From: Ophelia neglecta
Taxonomy: Eukaryota
Direction: 5' to 3'
Assembly: GCA_965285935.1 (NCBI GenBank)
Contig: OZ260662.1
Location: forward strand, 2,108,001 to 2,172,000
Length of the DNA: 64,000 bases
Shown: one piece after another, positions 24,314 to 37,672 of the stretch
How the letters are laid out: every line of letters starts with the position of its first letter
Numbering within the stretch: the stretch's first letter is position 1
Program-made: the position numbers and the translations under genes
The notes under the pieces: model-generated
Told to the model about the DNA's origin: nothing
Database searches by the model: none
The model's input: the letters and a program-made list of their open reading frames with translations, nothing else

Positions 24314-26900
24314 TATGTCTGGTGAGGAGGGTAAAGACGATGTTGTGAGAGGTGCGGCTCCGAATCCAATGATAATGAATCCTGGTGAGGATAAAACCGT
24401 TTCTATGGAAGAATTTGTGAATTAACAGGAAAAATTACTTCAATTGTCCACTTCGTTTAAGGATTATAGAGATTTGGTAGAATCACGCAGTAAGCCCACC
24501 GGTTTGTCACCATATCAGACTAATGATCCTGATGTTAAACCTAAGGTTCAATTTACACACGTGTCTTCACCTGTCGTTCAAAATTCAAACACTCTTGAAA
24601 CCGGTCACGTTGCTGGTTCGAATTCGCCTCCCTCGCAATCAACTCTGCCTCGTACATTTGTTGTAGCAAGGGAGAAGAAATTTCCCAAGTTACCAGGTAG
24701 ACCAGTCAAAAATGATGACCCTGATGTTATTGACTGGGTACAAGATATCAAGTACTACTTGGATAACCAGAACATGACTATGTGTGAAAAGAAAGCTTTC
24801 ATTCTGGAACATTTGAAATGAAATGCTAAACAAGAAATAAAATACAGCTTTGACTCCTTTGCTTCTGATTCAGAGATGATTATAGTTATTAAGGAAGTAT
24901 TCGGAGATTGCTATTCGGTTTCTGCACTTTGGCACAGGTTTTATACTAGAAACCAGAAAAAGGATGAATCTTTTCACACTTACGGTATTTCTCTCATGGA
25001 GATTAGGAATAAAATTAATTCACTGAATGAAATTTCTGATGCTGAAAAGAATCAGGCATTGAAAGAGAAGTTTGCCGAAGGAGTTAGAGATGAACATATA
25101 CGCAGAGATTTGCGCAAGCTCAAGGAAGAGCTACCCCTTCTATCATTCTTTGAGTATAGGTATAGAGTCATCAAATGGACTGCTGATTGTAATGGGCCAG
25201 CCCCTACTAGTGGAACCAAAACATCATCTGTTCAATCCTCTGTTATTTCGAGTAACATTGACCCGATTGCCCTTCAGAGAGGGGAATCCACAAAGACAAC
25301 TATGAACCAAACGTCAAGAAAAACCATGGTAGGTCCTCTAATGCTACGAAGGGGTCCCCAAACTAGATTCCTCCCATAGCAAAGGCCACCCATGGGAGGA
25401 AAGTAAGTCGGGCCTTGAAACCAATGGTTTATATGGAAATGTTTATGGAAGCTGTCCAATAGAAACTGTTACTTTAGCAGGTGTCGAAAGTAAGTGTCTC
25501 CTGGACACTGTCCAGAGCTCAAGTCTCCCTCATAAAATTGTCATATTTTAATAAACATTTGGAGAGTAGGGAGATTAATACTGATTTTGCAAAATTCCAA
25601 CTCACCGCAGCTAATGGTCTCGACATTCCATACGTGGGTATTACTACACTTGATCTTACAATTTGCAAAGTTAATTGTTCTGATATGTTTTTTTTCATTG
25701 AGGACGATACAGGTTGCCCCCAGCGGCTTGTCAATGTCACTATAGGCTGCAATATTTTTAACCAGATTACCAACAAATGTTCCAATTTGTCATTGTTGTA
25801 ACAAGTAACAGAACAAGTTTGGTACGGGTAGGGACAATACCGTTACGGATTCCTGCCAATTCTATGAAAGTCGTAAATGGCCGGACAAAGTGTTTTCCTA
25901 AAGACAAGAAAATACAAGGCCTAGTACAAGCACCAAATGGGAATAACGCTTGTCATCCTTGTTATAGATTCGGTTTCAAGTATTGAAAAGCAAATGCTAG
26001 CGTAAGGGTGATAAACCTCGGTGAACAGGATATTTGGTTGCCAGCACGCTCAGTACTTGGCACTTTGTATACTGACGCTGAGGTGTCCAACCCTGACTAT
26101 GTTGATGTGACAGTTCAGGACGAGGCTATAGTGGTGTCTGTAAAGAGAAACACTTTTTCTGACCAGGATTTGAGTGTAACGAGATACAGGCGGACCAGGT
26201 GAATACACTCATTGACACTGTGTGTGATACTACCCGTATACCTATCTTAGCAACCAAAGGGGGCTCTGCTAGGCAAACCCCTACCTCTCCTCTGAGTTGG
26301 GCAAGTCATTATTCCCAAGATGAATTGAAAAACTCGCAGAGAACTGACCCTTGTACCTCCCGTGTTTTAGCTCTATTGGCTGACAAACATAAGCCAACAC
26401 GTCGTCAACTTTCCAGGGATAATTGGGAAGTCCGTCGTCTGTGCGGCAAATGAGACAATTTCAAACTGTACAACAATTTGCTTTACAGACTTATCCAGTC
26501 AAATGGTCATGATATTTGGCAGCTTGTCATCCCCCGAGCTTTGCGTGACCACATGCTAACCCTCTGCCATGACCAGGCGGGGCATCAGCGTGTAAAACCG
26601 TTAGAGATTTTGGCCATGGATTTTACATTGATCGACAAGGCTTCAAACGGCCTAGAAAACGTGTTGGTTTTAACAGACGTTTTCACTAAACTCACCAAAG
26701 CAATTCCATGCAAAGATCAAAAAGCTACCACTGTTGCAAAGCTATTGGTCAAAGAATGGTTCCAACAATTCGGCGTCCCCGTCCGCCTACATTCGGACCA
26801 GGGACGAAGTTTCGAAGGCAAAACTGGTTGGACCATATCAATTAATCTTGTACATACCTTTGTCGTTCCCGGGTACACCTTACTTTCATTTCATAATTAA
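24314..26900 (+). pseudogene. Decayed Gypsy gag / protease / partial integrase, copy 1 (no RT seen)
   Basis: Gag fragments with stops (FYTRNQKKDESF major-homology-like), frameshifted protease CLLDT...LTAANG, integrase HDQAGHQ, ILAMDF, LHSDQGRSFE. No YxDD found. Confidence 0.85.
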
Positions 26901-27073
26901 TTGATTAACTTGGTATCATTATTATATATTTATATGTGTATGTCAAAACAAAAAAGAAGTAAAAAAAAAACAAAAAAAAACAAACAACTTCATCATGTTT
27001 AAATTGTTGTAAATACTTGTATATAATTTTGCATGTAATTGATGAGGACATAAATATTTTAACCAGGGGAGTA

Positions 27074-27635
27074 TGTGGACGGGTAAATTCCCGCGCTTTA
27101 ATATATAGTTCCGATAGACGGAGCGCTTAGTGTTACACTATATCCCGCGGTCGTCTATTCACTTGATTGCCGCGGATATTGATTGTTCGTTGTACTTTAC
27201 CACCACTAGGCGTCGCTCACCGCTACCTACGCGGCACCTTTAAACTTGGAATACATTCTTTCTCTACTGACCGGCTAAGAGCCAACACCACTGGCAAACC
27301 GCTCTATATAGTGGTGTAGCATGTGAAAATAGAATCCCGTTACAAACTGGGTAAGAGTTAGAACATATGTTTGTCACTTATGTGAACATTGTATTCATCC
27401 CCGATTATACGTTCATTTTATATTATTTCTATTACCATGGTTTCTGTAATGCTATGATTTCCATTATTATTTACTTTACATTGTTATGTTCATTCGATTA
27501 CAGATTCTACTTATTCTATTCATCTATTGTATCAGTGTATATATAACCATCGCCGCAAATAGATTAAAGATCACCAAACCCACAAGGAAATATGTCTTCA
27601 TCTTCATTATGATTAGGACAAACATTTCCCCTACA
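27074..27635 (+). repeat. Gypsy LTR2 (shared, chimeric)
   Basis: The 5' part matches LTR3 variants and the 3' part matches LTR1 variants. Confidence 0.93.
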
Positions 27636-28540
27636 TAATGGCGCCCGATACAGCTTTGGCATGGTTATATGTGTACTGTACAATAATCCTAAGAAGGCAA
27701 TCTGAACTTCACACCAAGGCGGCAGCTGGATTACTCCACGCTCGGCCATACTGACCACCACGCCGACCACCGAAACTCCCAGTACAAAGGACCGAGAGGC
27801 CTGCCTTCGCCCATGGGAGCGGCCGTCAGCGAACTAATGAATGACCAAACGCTAAGAACCATACCGGCTGATTGTTCTCCGACTTCGTATTAGATCTTCA
27901 GCCTGCAGTGTTTCAAGACTATTCGACAGATGTTCGAACATACATTTATATTCCAAACATGAAACGTCAGTGAGCCCATTGAATTCCAAACGAAAAGAAC
28001 TTTACACGCTGACTGTTCCCCGACTATAATATGTAATTATAGTCCTAGTGCTTTAAAAGTACTTCCTTGTGAATGAATAGACGTGTTAAACCTACTGAAT
28101 AACACTTCGTGCATAATAATGAATTGCATGCAAATCAAACTGTTATTGAAGTTCCCTCGTTGATTGATTGCATCTTTCATTGTTTCTATGTACATGATTT
28201 GTAAGAACTTCACTTATTTTTGTTTTTATTTGATCCCTTATTTGATTGCATGTTGAACTTTGATCGCAACCTGATCGCATCCATTTCACTTCCACTCATC
28301 GTTTCATCAGCTAGTTACTGTCATCATTAAATGTGTTTAATTAAGTCCCTTTAGAACTCTAGGCTGGAAGAATTTGATTTCGTTTGACACTTCTCATGTG
28401 CCCTCCTTGTAGGTTACTTGTGTAAAATAACCACCTTTCGAGAATGTCAACTTAGGCGTTTTGGCCTTTGCAGAGTTCTTATATTTGTTCATTTCATTTC
28501 ATATTCATCTCATGAGTTAACTATATACAGATTTGTACAG

Positions 28541-31127
28541 TATGTCTGGTGAGGAGGGTAAAGACGATGTTGTGAGAGGTGCGGCTCCGAATCCAATGAT
28601 AATGAATCCTGGTGAGGATAAAACCGTTTCTATGGAAGAATTTGTGAATTAACAGGAAAAATTACTTCAATTGTCCACTTCGTTTAAGGATTATAGAGAT
28701 TTGGTAGAATCACGCAGTAAGCCCACCGGTTTGTCACCATATCAGACTAATGATCCTGATGTTAAACCTAAGGTTCAATTTACACACGTGTCTTCACCTG
28801 TCGTTCAAAATTCAAACACTCTTGAAACCGGTCACGTTGCTGGTTCGAATTCGCCTCCCTCGCAATCAACTCTGCCTCGTACATTTGTTGTAGCAAGGGA
28901 GAAGAAATTTCCCAAGTTACCAGGTAGACCAGTCAAAAATGATGACCCTGATGTTATTGACTGGGTACAAGATATCAAGTACTACTTGGATAACCAGAAC
29001 ATGACTATGTGTGAAAAGAAAGCTTTCATTCTGGAACATTTGAAATGAAATGCTAAACAAGAAATAAAATACAGCTTTGACTCCTTTGCTTCTGATTCAG
29101 AGATGATTATAGTTATTAAGGAAGTATTCGGAGATTGCTATTCGGTTTCTGCACTTTGGCACAGGTTTTATACTAGAAACCAGAAAAAGGATGAATCTTT
29201 TCACACTTACGGTATTTCTCTCATGGAGATTAGGAATAAAATTAATTCACTGAATGAAATTTCTGATGCTGAAAAGAATCAGGCATTGAAAGAGAAGTTT
29301 GCCGAAGGAGTTAGAGATGAACATATACGCAGAGATTTGCGCAAGCTCAAGGAAGAGCTACCCCTTCTATCATTCTTTGAGTATAGGTATAGAGTCATCA
29401 AATGGACTGCTGATTGTAATGGGCCAGCCCCTACTAGTGGAACCAAAACATCATCTGTTCAATCCTCTGTTATTTCGAGTAACATTGACCCGATTGCCCT
29501 TCAGAGAGGGGAATCCACAAAGACAACTATGAACCAAACGTCAAGAAAAACCATGGTAGGTCCTCTAATGCTACGAAGGGGTCCCCAAACTAGATTCCTC
29601 CCATAGCAAAGGCCACCCATGGGAGGAAAGTAAGTCGGGCCTTGAAACCAATGGTTTATATGGAAATGTTTATGGAAGCTGTCCAATAGAAACTGTTACT
29701 TTAGCAGGTGTCGAAAGTAAGTGTCTCCTGGACACTGTCCAGAGCTCAAGTCTCCCTCATAAAATTGTCATATTTTAATAAACATTTTGAGAGTAGGGAG
29801 ATTAATACTGATTTTGCAAAATTCCAACTCACCGCAGCTAATGGTCTCGACATTCCATACGTGGGTATTACTACACTTGATCTTACAATTTGCAAAGTTA
29901 ATTGTTCTGATATGTTTTTTTTCATTGAGGACGATACAGGTTGCCCCCAGCGGCTTGTCAATGTCACTATAGGCTGCAATATTTTTAACCAGATTACCAA
30001 CAAATGTTCCAATTTGTCATTGTTGTAACAAGTAACAGAACAAGTTTGGTACGGGTAGGGACAATACCGTTACGGATTCCTGCCAATTCTATGAAAGTCG
30101 TAAATGGCCGGACAAAGTGTTTTCCTAAAGACAAGAAAATACAAGGCCTAGTACAAGCACCAAATGGGAATAACGCTTGTCATCCTTGTTATAGATTCGG
30201 TTTCAAGTATTGAAAAGCAAATGCTAGCGTAAGGGTGATAAACCTCGGTGAACAGGATATTTGGTTGCCAGCACGCTCAGTACTTGGCACTTTGTATACT
30301 GACGCTGAGGTGTCCAACCCTGACTATGTTGATGTGACAGTTCAGGACGAGGCTATAGTGGTGTCTGTAAAGAGAAACACTTTTTCTGACCAGGATTTGA
30401 GTGTAACGAGATACAGGCGGACCAGGTGAATACACTCATTGACACTGTGTGTGATACTACCCGTATACCTATCTTAGCAACCAAAGGGGGCTCTGCTAGG
30501 CAAACCCCTACCTCTCCTCTGAGTTGGGCAAGTCATTATTCCCAAGATGAATTGAAAAACTCGCAGAGAACTGACCCTTGTACCTCCCGTGTTTTAGCTC
30601 TATTGGCTGACAAACATAAGCCAACACGTCGTCAACTTTCCAGGGATAATTGGGAAGTCCGTCGTCTGTGCGGCAAATGAGACAATTTCAAACTGTACAA
30701 CAATTTGCTTTACAGACTTATCCAGTCAAATGGTCATGATATTTGGCAGCTTGTCATCCCCCGAGCTTTGCGTGACCACATGCTAACCCTCTGCCATGAC
30801 CAGGCGGGGCATCAGCGTGTAAAACCGTTAGAGATTTTGGCCATGGATTTTACATTGATCGACAAGGCTTCAAACGGCCTAGAAAACGTGTTGGTTTTAA
30901 CAGACGTTTTCACTAAACTCACCAAAGCAATTCCATGCAAAGATCAAAAAGCTACCACTGTTGCAAAGCTATTGGTCAAAGAATGGTTCCAACAATTCGG
31001 CGTCCCCGTCCGCCTACATTCGGACCAGGGACGAAGTTTCGAAGGCAAAACTGGTTGGACCATATCAATTAATCTTGTACATACCTTTGTCGTTCCCGGG
31101 TACACCTTACTTTCATTTCATAATTAA
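28541..31127 (+). pseudogene. Decayed Gypsy gag / protease / partial integrase, copy 2
   Basis: Same ORF set shifted by 4227 bp. One substitution noticed (25561 G vs 29788 T). Confidence 0.85.
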
Positions 31128-31300
31128 TTGATTAACTTGGTATCATTATTATATATTTATATGTGTATGTCAAAACAAAAAAGAAGTAAAAAAAAAACAA
31201 AAAAAAACAAACAACTTCATCATGTTTAAATTGTTGTAAATACTTGTATATAATTTTGCATGTAATTGATGAGGACATAAATATTTTAACCAGGGGAGTA

Positions 31301-31855
31301 TGTGGACGGGTAAATTCCCGCGCTTTAATATATAGTTCCGATAGACGGAGCGCTTAGTGTTACACTATATCCCGCGGTCGTCTATTCACTTGATTGCCGC
31401 GGATATTGATTGTTCGTTGTACTTTACCACCACTAGGCGTCGCTCACCGCTACCTACGCGGCACCTTTAAACTTGGAATACATTCTTTCTCTACTGACCG
31501 GCTAAGAGCCAACACCACTGGCAAACCGCTCTATATAGTGGTGTAGCATGTGAAAATAGAATCCCGTTACAAACTGGGTAAGAGTTAGAACATATGTTTG
31601 TCACTTAGGTGAACATTGTATTCATCCCCGATTATACGTTCATTTTATATTATTTCTATTACAATGGTTTCTGTAATGCTATGATTTCCGTTATTATTTA
31701 CTTTACATTGTTATGTTCATTCGATTACAGATTCTACTTATTCTATTGTATCAGTGTATATATAACCATCGCCGCAAATAGATTAAAGATCACCAAACCC
31801 ACAAGAAAAATATGTCTTCATCCTCATTATAATTAGGACAAACATTTCCTCTACA
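31301..31855 (+). repeat. Gypsy LTR3 (3')
   Basis: Ends ctctaca, followed by TSD ggtt. Confidence 0.93.
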
Positions 31856-32089
31856 GGTTAATACATGTCTGCATCTTTAATATGTAAAAGAAACATGCAA
31901 TTTTCACACAGGTATACCTAGTTAAATCTTGTCAGTAAGTAACAGGGTCAACCAATCCTTTATTTTCCAAAATTTGATCAAAATATGATTTCCCAAAGCT
32001 GAATTTTCATTTGGTTGTAACCAGACGGTATTTCTCAAAGTTAAAACCGATTAACACGTCCTATACAAAACGATATGACAGTACCTACA

Positions 32090-33545
32090 GTCTCTTATCC
32101 GATGGACTGTCAAAAGCCTGCAAAGCCTTTTCTGGACACATGGATGTCAGTTCACTCCGTCGTCTGATTCTCTTCTGAGGACCTCTATTCCCTCTTCCGA
32201 GTTTACAATGATCACAATGCCCAGCGGGGTCAGCCATAACAGGCACTTCCTGTCCATGTATTATCTCTCAGCTTCCAAGTAGACAAACGTCTGCGTCTTG
32301 CATCAGTCTCCACTACTTTTATAGACAAAGGAAATACAGAACCAGGTGCCACAACACCTGCCGAACTAAGCTCGGGGCTCTTTGCGAATATCTTGAAAAC
32401 CCAGGAAGATTAAAAACGAAGGAAAGAATACAACTGGTATTGTGATCATTGTTATCCGATTTTATGGTTACGTAAGAGTCAGTGTGCATGACTACATTAT
32501 ATTTGAGCGATACTAGCCTAATATGCATCTCCTCCATGTCAAGTGTATGGGGTCCACATCACGATGTGGTGAAGCTTGTCCGTGTACTGAATTTTACGCC
32601 TTTTTCTTCTTCAGGTTGTACACACCGCCCTTTGGGCAAGTCCGCTTGGTCTATCAGTCCTGAAAGCTACTCTGACCACTCTTGTTCTGCTTCATTGGGA
32701 ATATGTAAATAAATCATGTAAATAAAAACAGATAGTACAATAACAATATGTAAACTATACCACTCTTAAGACACGAAATGGCCCACATGGTGCCTATGTG
32801 TCGTTAAGCCCCAAAAATCCAAATCCATCCTTGGAAATATGCTCATCCCAATCTAATCTATTTCTGCAAAGGGACTGCAAGATTTGTCTGCCTTGAAGTA
32901 CAAGCGGGGCTACAAGTCCCATCGGGTCGTTAAGTCATCCATTTGCTGACAAGAGCCCTCTTCTTGTCAATGGTTTTACTGGCAAGTTTAGTCCGACATC
33001 AAATATGTCAAGCTGAAGATTCCAGGCGACATCATCTGTCCAATAGGTTTTCAGGGAACTTCTTGACTAGGCACTGATTTTCTACTATCGAGTTTAGGAA
33101 GGCCAAATGAGACATAGTGTTCATGACCGCGAGATATTGCCACAAAAGGTCGGCAAATTTACGTACAGCTGGTCCATTCCCTGTACGGATAGTAGGCCAC
33201 GGGTAGAGCTTGTGCCGAAAAGCCTCCGAAATCCTAACTCAGCAGTCGCTTCGCTTCCCAATATGCCTTACTAGTAGTCAGGGTCAGTAGGCCACGGATG
33301 CTGTCCTTAATTTCTCCTCATGTGTACCTTCCTAGAGAGTACAGTCTTTCTTTCCCGGACTCCGCATGTCCTTCTATCAAACTTTCGAGTGATCCTATCC
33401 AGACGGGGAAGGTCAACAAATCTCCAGAGAAAACTTCTGGCTCTGCCTTTGGGAGGTGCTCTCTCTTGTTTGTGATTGCATCTGCTAGTTTCTCTAACAG
33501 GTGCTCCATGTTTGAATTGCTCGGTGCAAGCTTTGGGCGATTACA
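32090..33545 (-). pseudogene. Old BEL/Pao gag remnant
   Basis: LPKAEPEVFSGDLLTFPVWIGSLESLIE...ERLYSLGRYT parallels the intact BEL Gag motif. Downstream frames are broken, and the left boundary is approximate. Confidence 0.7.
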
Positions 33546-34243
33546 ATTACTCGGTACCACTACTGGTACTTAAATACTCTTTCGTGTACTCGTACTCGTA
33601 CTCGAACTCAGGCTTAAACATAGTGTGTGTACTTGTACTCACTCAATATACAAAACACTCATGTAATCTTGTGTGAATTGTGAGTACTTGACAATTGTTT
33701 GCTTGTTAGCACTTGTACAATTTCCAGACTTTTAAAGTATATTCCCAAATACCAATCCTCGGCTTTCAGTGATTCAAAAACTGTTCCCAAGATGTAAGTC
33801 TTTATAGAATTGACAATACTTTGTAATTATCCCCCCAAAAAACTGTGTTAAATACTGTATATATAATAAATGCTACAGTTTAGAATAATATATTGCACAA
33901 TTCATTGTAACTATGTTTTATAAAAATATCTTTAACTTTGAGAAATAAATGTCCGCCAAGTGTGAAGATTATCTCCCATTTCAAAATTATCACAACTAAA
34001 AGTGGGACTGGCTGCTACAGTACACAAGACAAGAAGTGTATTGAGAATTAATCGAGTTAAATTTGAATACCTATGGCTCCAGAGTAAGTCCATCTGAGAC
34101 TGGATTAAACTACTTGGTACTCGTAGTCGTACTCGCATGAAGTACTCGTACTCGGGTACATCCAGGATTTCTTGTAACGTACTCGTGTGATTGGCCAGTA
34201 CTCGTACTCGAGTACATGAGCCCTGTACTCGCCCCAACCCTGG
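33546..34243. mobile_element. Putative hAT-like non-autonomous DNA transposon remnant with (TACTCG)n subterminal repeats
   Basis: Clusters of tactcg/cgagta at 33548-33610 and 34110-34232. The right end ...cgccccaaccctg reads CAGGGTTGGG on the minus strand. No matching left TIR or TSD found. Confidence 0.45.
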
Positions 34244-34409
34244 ACCGTCGGCGCTGATCCATTGCTTCTGGGCGGTGTTGATGGTTGATTCAACCTCTCT
34301 GTGGGGCTGGCATCATCTCAGGCATAGTTGATATTGTAGAATAATATTTGAAACTCTCTACAGCACCTTCAGCTATCGGCCACTTATCTTTCCTATCCGT
34401 CAACGGGGT

Positions 34410-34800
34410 TCCCGAAACTCAATTTTTGCTTTTCGCGCCATTTCAGGCAGTTTTAAGTGTTTTGAGCAAAAATAATTTTGTTTGTAGTTGTTTTTTTTAT
34501 CTTAGATCTTAGATTTTTCGACCAATATTCAATACTTTTTTTTGGTTTTGTCGCCATTTCAAGCAATTGAATGTTTTGATGGGGGGGGGGGGGGGATCGG
34601 GTTATCCTTGGTAATATATTTGAAACTATGTGTTTGTAAATAAATTTCCCCTTTGATATAATCTGTGTATTATTAAGCTACACCTGCCATGTTCTCACAT
34701 AGTTCAAACTGATGCTCTCTTTTTTACATCTCACTTCCATACCGGCTGCTATGCTTATCTTAAACTGTGATCTGAGTTCAGATGTGCCTACTGATAAGAC
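34410..34800 (-). repeat. Dispersed repeat, inverted homolog of ~13490-13880
   Basis: See the 13490-13880 entry. Confidence 0.7.
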
Positions 34801-36918
34801 CTCCCATCTATCCACTGGGATTACATAAGCATTTTTGCTAGGCATGGCACTGGTTAATTTAGGACTACAGGTCCAGCTGTAGTGGGTAGGCTCTGGTGGC
34901 TAATAGTTTGAATTAGCAGGTGTAAGCACTACATATTTAATAGCTCTGCCTCCTACTTAATTATTTATGTTTTACAGGTATAAGCTTATTGTGTTTACTT
35001 ATGATGAATGCCAAAGGGAGTTAATAAGAGGGGAATGGGTGAGGGAAAGGGGCTTTGAGACTTATCGACCAAATTTCAGCAAACATGTTTTTGCTTTACT
35101 CCTCATTTCATTCGTTTCCAGTATTTTGAGCAAATAAATACATCTCTTTGGTGGGAGGGGGTTCCTACTCTACCTTTGACTTTGCCAAAAGTGACTATGC
35201 GACAGACATGTTTACTATTCCTTTTAATTGTTTCTAAACGCCTTGTTATAGCTGTGCTAACAGAGACATGATTTGTGGTTGTTGTTATTTGAAAATCAAC
35301 AGCATATTCTGTGTCCAAGTTGGCTTTATTTAAGAAAACTTATCAACTTGGATGACAGTGTATATTATATCACCACATAAGATAAAGGCTGGGCGCACGT
35401 AGGAGTATGTTAACTTCATTCAATCTTATTATAAAGGCAACTACTTTGCACAATTTAATATTCATATTCCGCTAAGTATCTCTTCGCATGAATACACCAA
35501 AGTTTTATATACTGTGTGTAAGCTTATTAGCAACTAAACAAAATTGTTACCCATGTACCTTTCAATGTAAATATATTTCCTTATTTTAGTTTGAATATGA
35601 AAAGCCAGTTCTAAGACACTCTAAAGAATTGTTAACTTATTACATATTATTGGTAATTTTTTGCCCATTTTTTTGTTTCTTTTTTTTTGTCATTAAAAGT
35701 TTGTTTTAAATTCAAATGGAATATCTCAATAGTTCGTCTTATTTATTACAATAGTTTTCATTTATTGCTTTTTATTGGTTTATTTTCCTCCTCTAATATT
35801 TTGTTGTTCTGTTTTTATACTTTTATTTACGGATATTGATAGCGCTGTTTTTACTCTTGTTGCTTCTGTCACCGGAAAGTGGTGGAGATATATGTGCTGG
35901 TACTAAATATTCTGAACCTAATAGGCAATTTTCATTATGATAACGAAAGTGCTAATTAATATGCATTTCACAATTTGCTATCAGTTTGACCCGAAAAGTA
36001 AAGGATGTTTGCTGGTCAGTGGTCTGGTGTCAAGGAAATGATTTAATCACAAATTATACCGGTGGATATTAATTTAATGTTTAATGACAGTTCTTTGTTG
36101 GTGTTGCAAAATTCTTAGGTGTATTTAGGTCATAAAATTGAATCTAATAATAAAGTTTAGACTTATAAGGTACCACTAAATACTGAGTCCATGAATTCGT
36201 TCAAATATGCATGGGTGGTTAGTTTAAGTGACTTATCAGTTAGGATCAGGAATAGTTGATTTGCAGATATTCCAAACATTTTGGCAACATTTTTATGTCA
36301 GATAGAAAAGCTAAATGTTAAAGGAATTTAAGCTGCCATGTAATATTGTCAGCAGTATTCAGTTATAATTTGTACTACAAATAAGAAACTCTAATATGGA
36401 TGCCATTGGATACCTAGGATGCTGTGGTGTTGTGATGGCGCTTTACTTTATAGCCAGTGACTGCAATCGGTCTTTAGTTTATTTACAGGTCACTTCTATG
36501 GTGTATCATTGTGAACCAAATAACATGTTGATTATTAATGCATTAAAAGGTTTGACATTGAAGTTTACTTAATGGATCTTGGGTAAAATTGTCTTTTCAT
36601 TTGTCCAGGGTCAATATAAGTCACCAGTCAGATTTCTCATTGTATTTCAAAATCTGAATGATGCTTCTCCGTGTTTATGTTAAACATGATACTAGAATGG
36701 CTAGGTTTGATCATTTAAGAGTTTTCAATCTGCCAAAATTAAAGGTAGATATAATGTATATTTAGTCATGCCAACTGGTGGACATTATTCAGGTCTCCAC
36801 AATAAAAGCAATAATACAGTAGTAGTAGAATTCTTTTTTGAAAAAAATAATTAATAATTAAGACACCCTATATCAGAGTTTTTCTTAATGTTTACATTTC
36901 AAGGGATTTTTATTATTC

Positions 36919-37672
36919 AGACAGCCAGGTGTATGATACAGACAGCCAGGTGTATTATACAGACAGTCAGGTGTATGATAAAGACAGCCAGGTGTATGAT
37001 ACGGACAGCCAGGTTTATGATACAGACAGCCAGGTGTATGATACAGACAGCCAGGTGTATGATACAGACAGCCAGATGTATGATACAGACAGCCAGGTGT
37101 ATGATACAGACAGCCAGGTGTATGATACAGACAGCCAGGTGTATGATACAGACAGCCAGGTGTATGATACAGACAGCCAGGTGTATGATACAGACAGCCA
37201 GGTGTATGATACAGACAGCCAGGTGTATGATACAGACAGTCAGGTGTATGATAAAGACAGCCAGGTGTATGATACAGACAGCCAGGTGTATGATACAGAC
37301 AGCCAGGTGTAATATACAGACAGCCAGGTGTATGATACAGACAGCCAGGTGTATGATACAGACAGCCAGGTGTATGATACAGACAGCCAGGTGTATGATA
37401 CAGACAGCCAGGTGTATGATACAGACATCCAGGTGTATGATACAGACAGCCAGGTGTATGATACAGACAGCCAGGTGTAATATACAGACAGCCAGGTGTA
37501 ATATACAGACAGCCAGGTGTATGATACAGACAGCCAGGTGTATGATACAGACAGCCAGGTGTATGATACAGACAGCCAGGTGTATGATACAGACAGCCAG
37601 GTGTATGATACAGACATCCAGGTGTATGATACAGACAGCCAGGTGTATGATACAGACAGCCAGGGGTATGAC
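36919..37672 (+). repeat. 21-bp minisatellite, ~36 copies (ATACAGACAGCCAGGTGTATG)
   Basis: Highly homogeneous tandem array. It produces the spurious MIQTARC/YDTDSQV ORFs. Confidence 0.97.

Larger units (their letters stand above)
22856..31855 (+). mobile_element. Internally deleted Gypsy LTR retrotransposon as a tandem dimer (LTR-int-LTR-int-LTR, period 4227 bp)
   Basis: Three LTRs (TG...CA) at 22856-23408, 27074-27635 and 31301-31855. A single 4-bp TSD GGTT flanks the whole array. PBS TGGCGCCCGA (tRNA-Lys-like) follows LTR1 and LTR2, and PPT caggggagta precedes LTR2 and LTR3. Confidence 0.96.
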
